Assembly (NCBI GenBank): GCA_965202585.1
Contig: OZ241834.1
Location: 620,001-684,000 of the forward strand
DNA length: 64,000 bases
DNA from: Thalia democratica
Taxonomy: Eukaryota
Direction: 5' to 3'
Part shown: positions 52,601-64,000 of the stretch, piece by piece
How positions within the stretch are numbered: the first letter of the stretch is position 1
How the letters are laid out: every line of letters starts with the position of its first letter
Notes under the pieces: model-generated
Database searches by the model: none
Told to the model about the DNA's origin: nothing
Seen by the model: only the letters and a program-made list of their open reading frames with translations
Position numbers and translations under genes: made by a program

Positions 52601-55600
52601 TGGGACAATCATGCGGTAGGCGAAGCTATTTCCGCACATACATGTTAGGAATGCCCAAACCTCCTTCTTCGACGAATACGTTGATTAGGATGTTGGGACA
52701 ATCATGGGTAGGCGAAGCTATTTCCGCACATACTTGTTTGGAATGCCCAAACCTCCTTTTTCGACGGATACGTTGATTAGGATGTTGGGACAATCATGGG
52801 TAGGCGAAGCTATTTCCGCACATACTGGTTTGAAATTCCCAAACCTCCTTCTTCGACGAATACGTTGATTAGGATGTTGGGACAATCATGGGTAGGCGAA
52901 GCTATTTCCGCACATACTTGTTTGGAATGCCAAAACCTCCTTTTTCGACGGATACGTTGATTAGGATGTTGGGACAATCATGGGTAGGCGAAGCTATTTC
53001 CGCACATACTTGTTTGGAATGCCCAAACCTCCTTTTTCGACGGACCCGTTGATTAGGATGTTGGGACAATCATGGGTAGGCGAAGCTATTTCCGCACATA
53101 CTGGTTTGAAATTCCCAAACCTCCTTCTTCGACGAATACGTTGATTAGGATGTTGGGACAATCATGGGTAGGCGAAGCTATTTCCGCACATACTTGTTTG
53201 GAATGCCCAAACCTCCTTTTTCGACGGATACGTTGATTAGGATGTTGGGACAATCATGGGTAGGCGAAGCTATTTCCATACATACTGGTTTGAAATTCCC
53301 AAACCTCCTTCTTCGACGAATACGTTGATTAGGATGTTGGGACAATCATGGGTAGGCGAAGCTATTTCCGCACATACTTGTTTGGAATGCCCAAACCTCC
53401 TTTTTCGACGGATACGTTGATTAGGATGTTGGGACAATCATGGGTAGACGAAGCTATTTCCGCACATACTGGTTTGGAATGCCGAAACCTCATTTTTCGA
53501 CGGATACGTTGATTAGGATGTTGGGACAATCATGCGGTAGGCGAAGCTATTTCCGCACATACTTGTTTGGAATGCCCAAACCTCCTTTTTCGACGGATAC
53601 GTTGATTAGGATGTTGGGACAATCATGGGTAGGCGAAGCTATTTCCGCACATACTTGTTTGGAATGCCCAAACCTCCTTTTTCGACGGACCCGTTGATTA
53701 GGATGTTGGGACAATCATGCGGTAGGCGAAGCTATTTCCGCACATACTTGTTTGGAATGCCCAAACCTCCTTTTTCGACGGATACGTTGATTAGGATGTT
53801 GAGACAATCATGAGGTAGGCGAAGCTATTTCCGCACATACTTGTTTGGAATGCCCAAACCTCATTTTTCGACGGATACGTTGATTAGGATGTTGGGACAA
53901 TCATGAGGTAGGCGAAGCTATTTCCGCACATACTTGTTTGGAATGCCCAAACCTCATTTTTCGACGGATACGTTGATTAGGATGTTGGGACAATCATGGG
54001 TAGGCGAAGCTATTTCCGCACATACTTGTTTGGAATGCCCAAACCTCATTTTTCGACGGATACGTTGATTAGGATGTTGGGACAATCATGGGTAGGCGAA
54101 GCTATTTCCGCACATACTTGTTTGGAATGCCCAAACCTCCTTCTTCGACGAATACGTTGATTAGGATGTTGGGACAATCATGGGTAGGCGAAGCTATTTC
54201 CGCACATACTTGTTTGGAATGCCCAAACCTCCTTTTTCGACGGACCCGTTGATTAGGATGTTGGGACAATCATGGGTAGGCGAAGCTATTTCCGCACATA
54301 CTGGTTTGGAATGCCCAAACCTCCTTTTTCGACGGACCCGTTGATTAGGATGTTGGGACAATCATGAGGTAGGCGAAGCTATTTCCGCACATACTTGTTT
54401 GGAATGCCCAAACCTCATTTTTCGACGGATACGTTGATTAGGATGTTGGGACAATCATGGGTAGGCGAAGCTATTTCCGCACATACTTGTTTGGAATGCC
54501 CAAACCTCATTTTTCGACGGATACGTTGATTAGGATGTTGGGACAATCATGGGTAGGCAAAGCTATTTCCGCACATACTGGTTTGAAATTCCCAAACCTC
54601 CTTCTTCGACGAATACGTTGATTAGGATGTTGGGACAATCATGGGTAGGCGAAGCTATTTCCGCACATACTTGTTTGGAATGCCCAAACCTCAATTTTCG
54701 ACGGATACGTTGATTAGGATGTTGGGACAATCATGGGTAGGCGAAGCTATTTCCGCACATACTGGTTTGGAATGCCCAAACCTCCTTTTTCGACGAATAC
54801 GTTGATTAGGATGTTGGGACAATCATGGGTAGGCGAAGCTATTTCCGCACATACTTGTTTGGAATGCCCAAAACTCATTTTTCGACGGATACGTTGATTA
54901 GGATGTTGGGACAATCATGCGGTAGGCGAAGCTATTTCCGCACATACTGGTTTGAAATTCCCAAACCTCCTTCTTCGACGAATACGTTGATTAGGATGTT
55001 GGGACAATCATGGGTAGGCGAAGCTATTTCCGCACATACTGGTTTGGAATGCCCAAACCTCCTTCTTCGACGAATACGTTGATTAGGATGTTTGGACAAT
55101 CATGGGTAGGCGAAGCTATTTCCGCACATACTGGTTTGGAATGCCCAAACCTCCTTTTTCGACGGACCCGTTGATTAGGATGTTGGGACAATCATGGGTA
55201 GGCGAAGCTATTTCCGCACATACTTGTTTGAAATTCCCAAACCTCCTTCTTCGACGAATACGTTGATTAGGATGTTGGGACAATCATGGGTAGGCGAAGC
55301 TATTTCCGCACATACTGGTTTGGAATGCCCAAACCTCCTTCTTCGACGAATACGTTGATTAGGATGTTGGGACAATCATGGGTAGGCGAAGCTATTTCCG
55401 CACATACTGGTTTGGAATGCCCAAACCTCCTTTTTCGACGGACCCGTTGATTAGGATGTTGGGACAATCATGGGTAGGCGAAGCTATTTCCGCACATACT
55501 GGTTTGAAATTCCCAAACCTCCTTCTTCGACGAATACGTTGATTAGGATGTTTGGACATTCATGGGTAGGCGAAGCTATTTCCGCACATACTGGTTTGGA

Positions 55601-58600
55601 ATGCCCAAACCTCCTTTTTCGACGGACCCGTTGATTAGGATGTTGGGACAATCATGGGTAGGCGAAGCTATTTCCGCACATACTTGTTTGAAATTCCCAA
55701 ACCTCCTTTTTCGACGAATACGTTGATTAGGATGTTGGGACAATCATGGGTAGGCGAAGCTATTTCCGCACATACTTGTTTGGAATGCCCAAACCACATT
55801 TTTCGACGGATACGTTGATTAGGATGTTGGGACAATCATGGGTAGGCGAAGCTATTTCCGCACATACTTGTTTGGAATGCCCAAACCTCATTTTTCGACG
55901 GATACGTTGATTAGGATGTTGGGACAATCATGGGTAGGCGAAGCTATTTCCGCACATACTTGTTTGGAATGCCCAAACCTCATTTTTCGACGGATACGTT
56001 GATTAGGATGTTGGGACAATCATGCGGTAGGCGAAGCTATTTCCGCACATACTGGTTTGAAATTCCCAAACCTCCTTTTTCGACGAATACGTTGATTAGG
56101 ATGTTGGGACAATCATGGGTAGGCGAAGCTATTTCCGCACATACTTGTTTGGAATGCCCAAACCTCCTTTTTCGACGGACACGTTGATTAGGATGTTGGG
56201 ACAATCATGGGTAGGCGAAGCTATTTCCGCACATACTAGTTTGGAATGCCGAAACCTCATTTTTCGACGGACCCGTTGATTAGGATGTTGGGACAATCAT
56301 GGGTAGGCGAAGCTATTTCCGCACATACTAGTTTGGAATGCCCAAACCTCATTTTTCGACGGACCCGTTGATTAGGATGTTGGGACAATCATGGGTAGGC
56401 GAAGCTATTTCCGCACATACTTGTTTGGAATGCCCAAACCTCCTTTTTCGACGGATACGTTGATTAGGATGTTGGGACAATCATGCGGTAGGCGAAGCTA
56501 TTTCCGCACATACATGTTTGGAATTCCCAAACCTCCTTTTTCGACGGATACGTTGATTAGGATGTTGAGACAATCATGCGGTAGGCGAAGCTATTTCCGC
56601 ACATACTGGTTTGAAATTCCCAAACCTCCTTCTTCGACGAATACGTTGATTAGGATGTTGGGACAATCATGGGTAGGCGAAGCTATTTCCGCACATACTT
56701 GTTTGGAATGCCCAAACCTCCTTTTTCGACGGACCCGTTGATTAGGATGTTGGGACAATCATGGGTAGGCGAAGCTATTTCCGCACATCCTTGTTTGGAA
56801 TGCCCAAACCTCCTTTTTCGACGGATCCGTTGATTAGGATGTTGGGACAATCATGCGGTAGGCGAAGCTATTTCCGCACATACTTGTTTGGAATGCCCAA
56901 ACCTCCTTTTTCGACGGACCCGTTGATTAGGATGTTGGGACAATCATGGGTAGGCAAAGCTATTTCCGCACATACTTGTTTGGAATACCCAAACCTCATT
57001 TTTCGACGAATACGTTGATTAGGATGTTGGGACAATCATGGGTAGGCGAAGCTATTTCCGCACATACATGTTTGGAATGCCCAAACCTCATTTTTCGACG
57101 AATACGTTGATTAGGATGTTGGGACAATCATGGGTAGGCGAAGCTATTTCCGCACATACTTGTTTGGAATGCCAAAACCTCCTTTTTCGACGGATACGTT
57201 GATTAGGATGTTGGGACAATCATGGGTAGGCGAAGCTATTTCCGCACATACTGGTTTGAAATTCCCAAACCTCATTTTTCGACGGATACGTTGATTAGGA
57301 TGTTGGGACAATCATGGGTAGGCGAAGCTATTTCCGCACATGCTTGTTTGGAATGCCCAAACCTCATTTTTCGACGGATACGTTGATTAGGATGTTGGGA
57401 CAATCATGGGTAGGCGAAGCTATTTCCGCACATACATGTTTGGAATGCCCAAACCTCCTTTTTCGACGGATACGTTGATTAGGATGTTGGGACAATCATG
57501 GGTAGGCGAAGCTATTTCCGCACATACATGTTTGGAATGCCCAAACCTCCTTTTTCGACGGACCCGTTGATTAGGATGTTGGGACAATCATGCGGTAGGC
57601 AAAGCTATTTCCGCACATACTTGTTTGAAATTCCCAAACCTCCTTTTTCGACGAATACGTTGATTAGGATGTTGGGACAATCATGGGTAGGCGAAGCTAT
57701 TTCCGCACATACTTGTTTGGAATGCCCAAACCTCATTTTTCGACGGACCCGTTGATTAAAATGCTGAGACAATCATGCGGTAGGCGAAGCTATTTCCGCA
57801 CATACTTGTTTGGAATGCCCAAACCTCGTTTTTCGACGGATACGTTGATTAGGATGTTGGGACAATCATGGGTAGGCGAAGCTATTTCCGCACATACTGG
57901 TTTGGAATGCCCAAACCTCCTTTTTCGACGGACCCGTTGATTAGGATGTTGAGACAATCATGGGTAGGCGAAGTTATTTCCGCACATACTTGTTTGGAAT
58001 GCCCAAACCTCATTTTTCGACGGATACGTTGATTAGGATGTTGGGACAATCATGCGGTAGGCAAAGCTATTTCCGCACATACTTGTTTGGAATGCCCAAA
58101 CCTCGTTTTTCGACGGATACGTTGATTAGGATGTTGGGACAATCATGGGTAGGCGAAGCTATTTCCGCACATACTTGTTTGGAATGCCGAAACCTCATTT
58201 TTCGACGGACCCGTTGATTAGGATGTTGGGACAACCATGGGTAGGCGAAGCTATTTCCGCACATACTTGTTTGGAATGCCGAAACCTCATTTTTCGACGG
58301 ACCCGTTGATTAGGATGTTGGGACTATCATGGGTAGGCAAAGCTATTTCCGCACATACTTGTTTGGAATGCCCAAACCTCGTTTTTCGACGGATACGTTG
58401 ATTAGGATGTTGGGACAATCATGGGTAGACGAAGCTCTTTCCGCACATACTGGTTTGGAATGCCCAAACCTCCTTTTTCGACGGACCCCTTGATTAGGAT
58501 GTTGGGACAATCATGGGTAGGCGAAGCTATTTCCGCACATACTTGTTTGGAATGCCCAAACCTCATTTTTCGACGAACCCGTTGATTAGGATGTTGGGAC

Positions 58601-61600
58601 AATCATGCGGTAGGCGAAGCTATTTCCGCACATACATGTTTGGAATGCCCAAACCTCCTTCTTCGACGGATACGTTGATTAGGATGTTGGGACAATCATG
58701 GGTAGGCGAAGCTATTTCCGCACATACTTGTTTGGAATGCCCAAACCTCATTTTTCGACGGATACGTTGATTAGGATGTTGGGACAATCATGGGTAGGCG
58801 AAGCTATTTCCGCACATACTTGTTTGGAATGCCGAAACCTCATTTTTCGACGGATACGTTGATTAGGATGTTGAGACAATCATGGGTAGGCGAAGCTATT
58901 TCCGCACATACTTGTTTGGAATGCCCAAACCTCATTTTTCGACGGATACGTTGATTAGGATGTTGGGACAATCATGCGGTAGGCAAAGCTATTTCCGCAC
59001 ATACTTGTTTGGAATGCCGAAACCTCATTTTTCGACGGACCCGTTGATTAGGATGTTGGGACAAACATGGGTAGGCGAAGCTATTTCCGCAAATACTTGT
59101 TTGGAATGCCGAAACCTCATTTTTCGACGAATACGTTGATTAGGATGTTGGGACAATCATGAGGTAGGCAAAGCTATTTCCGCACAAACTTGTTTGGAAT
59201 GCCCAAACCTCATTTTTCGACGGATACGTTGATTAGGATGTTGAGACAATCATGGGTAGGCGAAGCTATTTCCGAACATACTTGTTTGGAATGCCGAAAC
59301 CTCATTTTTCGACGGACCCGTTGATTAGGATGTTGGGACAATCATGGGTAGGCGAAGCTATTTCCGCACATACTGGTTTGGAATGCCCAAACCTCATTTT
59401 TCGACGGATACGTTGATTAGGATGTTGGGACAATCATGCGGTAGGCGAAGCTATTTCCGCACATACATGTTAGGAATGCCCAAACCTCCTTCTTCGACGA
59501 ATACGTTGATTAGGATGTTGGGACAATCATGGGTAGGCAAAGCTATTTCCGCACATACTTGTTTGGAATGCTTAAACCTCATTTTTCGACGGACACGTTG
59601 ATTAAAATGTTGGGACAATCATGCGGTAGGCAAAGCTATTTCCGCACATACTTGTTTGGAATGCCCAAACCTCATTTTTCGACGAATACGTTGATTAGGA
59701 TGTTGGGACAATCATGGGTAGGCGAAGCTATTTCCGCACATACTTGTTTGGAATGCCGAAACCTCATTTTTCGACGGATACGTTGATTAGGATGTTGGGA
59801 CAATCATGGGTAGGCGAAGCTATTTCCGCACATACTTGTTTGGAATGCCCAAACCTCATTTTTCGACGGATACGTTGATTAGGATGTTGGGACAATCATG
59901 GGTAGGCGAAGCTATTTCCGCACATACTTGTTTGGAATGCCCAAACCTCCTTTTTCGACGGATACGTTGATTAGGATGTTGGGACAATCATGCGGTAGGC
60001 GAAGCTATTTCCGCACATACTTGTTTGGAATGCCGAAACCTCATTTTTCGACGGATACGTTGATTAGGATGTTGGGACAATCATGGGTAGGCGAAGCTAT
60101 TTCCGCACATACTTGTTTGGAATGCCCAAACCTCATTTTTCGACGGATACGTTGATTAGGATGTTGGGACAATCATGCGGTAGGCGAAGCTATTTCCGCA
60201 CATACTTGTTTGTAAATGCCCAAACCTCATTTTTCGACGGATACGTTGATTAGGATGTTGGGACAATCATGCGGTAGGCGAAGCTATTTCCGCACATACA
60301 TGTTAGGAATGCCCAAACCTCCTTCTTCGACGAATACGTTGATTAGGATGTTGGGACAATCATGGGTAGGCGAAGCTATTTCCGCACATACTTGTTTGGA
60401 ATGCCCAAACCTCCTTTTTCGACGAATACGTTGATTAGGATGTTGGGACAATCATGGGTAGGCGAAGCTATTTCCGCACATACTTGTTTGGAATGCCCAA
60501 ACCTCCTTTTTCGACGAATACGTTGATTAAAATGTTGAGACAATCATGGGTAGGCGAAGCTATTTCCGCACATACTGGTTTGGAATGCCCAAACCTCATT
60601 TTTCGACGGATACGTTGATTAGGATGTTGGGACAATCATGCGGTAGGCGAAGCTATTTCCGCACATACATGTTTGGAATGCCCAAACCTCATTTTTCGAC
60701 GAATACGTTGATTAGGATGTTGGGACAATCATGGGTAGGCGAAGCTATTTCCGCACATACATGTTTGGAATGCCCAAACCTCATTTTTCGACGGACCCGT
60801 TGATTAGGATGTTGGGACAATCATGGGTAGGCGAAGCTATTTCCATACATACTGGTTTGGAATGCCCAAACCTCCTTTTTCGACGGATACGTTGATTAGG
60901 ATGTTGGGACAATCATGGGTAGGCGAAGCTATTTCCGCACATACTGGTTAGGAATGCCCAAACCTCCTTCTTCGACGAATACGTTGATTAGGATGTTGGG
61001 ACAATCATGGGTAGGCAAAGCTATTTCCGCACATACTTGTTTGGAATGCCGAAACCTCATTTTTCGACGAATACGTTGATTAGGATGTTGAGACAATCAT
61101 GCGGTAGGCAAAGCTATTTCCGCACATACTTGTTTGGAATGCCCAAACCTCCTTTTTCGACGGATACGTTGATTAGGATGTTGGGACAATCATGGGTAGG
61201 CGAAGCTATTTCCGCACATACTTGTTTGGAATGCCGAAACCTCATTTTTCGACGGACCCGTTGATTAGGATGTTGGGACAATCATGGGTAGGCGAAGCTA
61301 TTTACGCACATACTTGTTTGGAATGCCCAAACCTCCTTTTTCGACGAATACGTTGATTAGGATGTTGGGACAATCATGGGTAGGCGAAGCTATTTCCGCA
61401 CATACTTGTTTGGAATTCCCAAACCTCCTTTTTCGACGAACCCGTTGATTAGGATGTTGAGACAATCATGCGGTAGGCGAAGCTATTTCCGCACATACTT
61501 GTTTGGAATGCCCAAACCTCATTTTTCGACGGACCCGTTGATTAGGATGTTGAGACAATCATGGGTAGGCGAAGCTATTTCCGCACATACTTGTTTGGAA

Positions 61601-64000
61601 TGCCCAAACCTCCTTTTTCGACGAATACGTTGATTAGGATGTTGGGACAATCATGGGTAGGCGAAGCTATTTCCGCACATACTTGTTTGGAATGCCCAAA
61701 CCTCATTTTTCGACGGATACGTTGATTAGGATGTTGGGACAATCATGCGGTAGGCAAAGCTATTTCCGCACATACTTGTTTGGAATGCCCAAACCTCCTT
61801 TTTCGACGAATACGTTGATTAGGATGTTGGGACAATCATGGGTAGGCGAAGCTATTTCCGCACATACTGGTTTGGAATGCCGAAACCTCCTTTTTCGACG
61901 AATACGTTGATTAGGATGTTGGGACAATCATGGGTAGGCGAAGCTATTTCCGCACATACTGGTTTGAAATTCCCAAACCTCCTTCTTCGACGAATACGTT
62001 GATTAGGATGTTGGGACAATCATGGGTAGGCGAAGCTATTTCCGCACATACTTGTTTGGAATGCCGAAACCTCATTTTTCGACGGACCCGTTGATTAGGA
62101 TGTTGGGACAATCATGGGTAGGCGAAGCTATTTCCGCACATACTTGTTTGGAATGCCGAAACCTCATTTTTCGACGGACCCGTTGATTAGGATGTTGGGA
62201 CAATCATGGGTAGGCGAAGCTATTTCCGCACATACTTGTTTGGAATGCCCAAACCTCCTTCTTCGACGAATACGTTGATTAGGATGTTGGGACAATCATG
62301 CGGTAGGCGAAGCTATTTCCGCACATACTTGTTTGAAATTCCCAAACCTCCTTTTTCGACGAATACGTTGATTAGGATGTTGGGACAATCATGGGTAGGC
62401 GAAGCTATTTCCGCACATACTTGTTTGGAATGCCCAAACCTCATTTTTCGACGGACCCGTTGATTAAAATGCTGAGACAATCATGCGGTAGGCGAAGCTA
62501 TTTCCGCACATACTGGTTTGGAATGCCCAAACCTCCTTTTTCGACGAACCTGTTGATTAGGATGTTGGGACAATCATGGGTAGGCGAAGCTATTTCCGTA
62601 CATACTTGTTTGGAATGCCCAAACCTCATTTTTCGACGGATACGTTGATTAGGATGTTGGGACAATCATGGGTAGGCGAAGCTATTTCCGCACATACTTG
62701 TTTGGAATGCCCAAACCTCCTTTTTCGACGAATACGTTGATTAGGATGTTGAGACAATCATGCGGTAGGCGAAGCTATTTCCGCACATACTTGTTTGGAA
62801 TGCCCAAACCTCCTTTTTCGACGGATACGTTGATTAGGATGTTGGGACAATCATGGGTAGGCGAAGCTATTTCCGCACATACTTGTTTGGAATACCGAAA
62901 CCTCATTTTTCGACGGACCCGTTGATTAGGATGTTGGGACAATCATGGGTAGGCGAAGCTATTTCCGCACATACTTGTTTGGAATGCCCAAACCTCATTT
63001 TTCGACGGACCCGTTGATTAGGATGTTGGGACAATCATGGGTAGGCGAAGCTATTTCCGCACATACTTGTTTGGAATGCCCAAACCTCCTTTTTCGACGA
63101 ATACGTTGATTAGGATGTTGGGACAATCATGCGGTAGGCGAAGCTATTTCCGCACATACTTGTTTGGAATGCCCAAACCTCCTTTTTCGACGAATACGTT
63201 GATTAGGATGTTTGGACAATCATGGGTAGGCGAAGCTATTTCCGCACATACTGGTTTGGAATGCCCAAACCTCCTTTTTCGACGGACCCGTTGATTAGGA
63301 TGTTGGGACAATCATGGGTAGGCGAAGCTATTTCCGCACATACTGGTTTGGAATGCCCAAAACTCCTTTTTCGACGGATACGTTGATTAGGATGTTGGGA
63401 CAATCATGCGGTAGGCGAAGCTATTTCCGCACATACTTGTTTGGAATGCCCAAACCTCCTTTTTCGACGAACCCGTTGATTAGGATGTTGAGACAATCAT
63501 GGGTAGGCGAAGCTATTTCCGCACATACTTGTTTGGAATGCCGAAACCTCATTTTTCGACGGACCCGTTGATTAGGATGTTGGGACAATCATGGGTAGGC
63601 GAAGCTATTTCCGAACATACTTGTTTGGAATGCCCAAACCTCATTTTTCGACGGATACGTTGATTAGGATGTTGAGACAATCATGCGGTAGGCGAAGCTA
63701 TTTCCGCACATACTTGTTTGGAATGCCGAAACCTCCTTTTTCGACGAATACGTTGATTAGGATGTTGGGACAATCATGCGGTAGGCGAAGCTATTTCCGC
63801 ACATACTTGTTTGGAATGCCGAAACCTCATTTTTCAACGGACCCGTTGATTAGGATGTTGGGACAATCATGGGTAGGCGAAGCTATTTCCGAACATACTT
63901 GTTTGGAATGCCCAAACCTCATTTTTCGACGGATACGTTGATTAGGATGTTGAGACAATCATGCGGTAGGCGAAGCTATTTCCGCACATACTTGTTTGGA
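40551..64000. repeat. Satellite array of 92/93-bp monomers, ~250 copies, continuing past the window end
   Basis: Consensus CTTGTTTGGAATGCCCAAACCTC(C/A)TTTTTCGACGGATACGTTGATTAGGATGTTGGGACAATCATG(C)GGTAGGCGAAGCTATTTCCGCACATA, head to tail with only point variants and a 1-bp indel. The first monomer (40551-40643) is diverged (15/93 mismatches by hand count). Confidence 0.98.

Noticed and set aside
40656-63941. About 60 near-identical 62-116-aa ORFs (MGRRSYFRTY...) on the + strand, and short minus-strand ORFs
   Set aside because: They are by-products of the 92/93-bp period and end whenever a 92-mer shifts the frame. The meaningful frame is the minus-strand R2 frame, which carries a TAG in nearly every monomer.
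40643-64000. CRISPR-like array
   Set aside because: The monomers are contiguous with no unique spacers, there are no cas genes, and the context is eukaryotic.

Overview
Eukaryotic, very AT-rich, repeat-dominated window with no prokaryotic operons, rRNA, tRNA or CRISPR. An AT-rich invertebrate such as Hydra is plausible but is only an inference. 1-40 kb is a transposon graveyard: a decayed LTR-retrotransposon gag (1-805, -), six hAT-type MITEs, a decayed CR1-like LINE (~25.9-27.7 kb), a foldback-like inverted structure with 17-bp subterminal repeats (8.0-11.8 kb), an exact 1444-bp tandem duplication and a 3.6-kb triplication. The only convincing gene is an orphan coiled-coil ORF (18373-19236, -). 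It has a frameshifted inverted twin (22179-23067, +) in a ~6.7-kb palindrome. From 40.55 kb to the end is a >23-kb satellite of 92/93-bp monomers (~250 copies) with nested higher-order repeats. Main finding: read on the minus strand, the monomer is 31 codons of the post-RT region of an R2-clade retrotransposon (VRKWLRLPHDCP...GGLGIP). The array is directly continuous with the decayed 3' part of that element (endonuclease domain, 39804-40643), so the satellite appears to have arisen inside a retrotransposon ORF. Identity figures are hand counts or visual estimates. No database searches were run.
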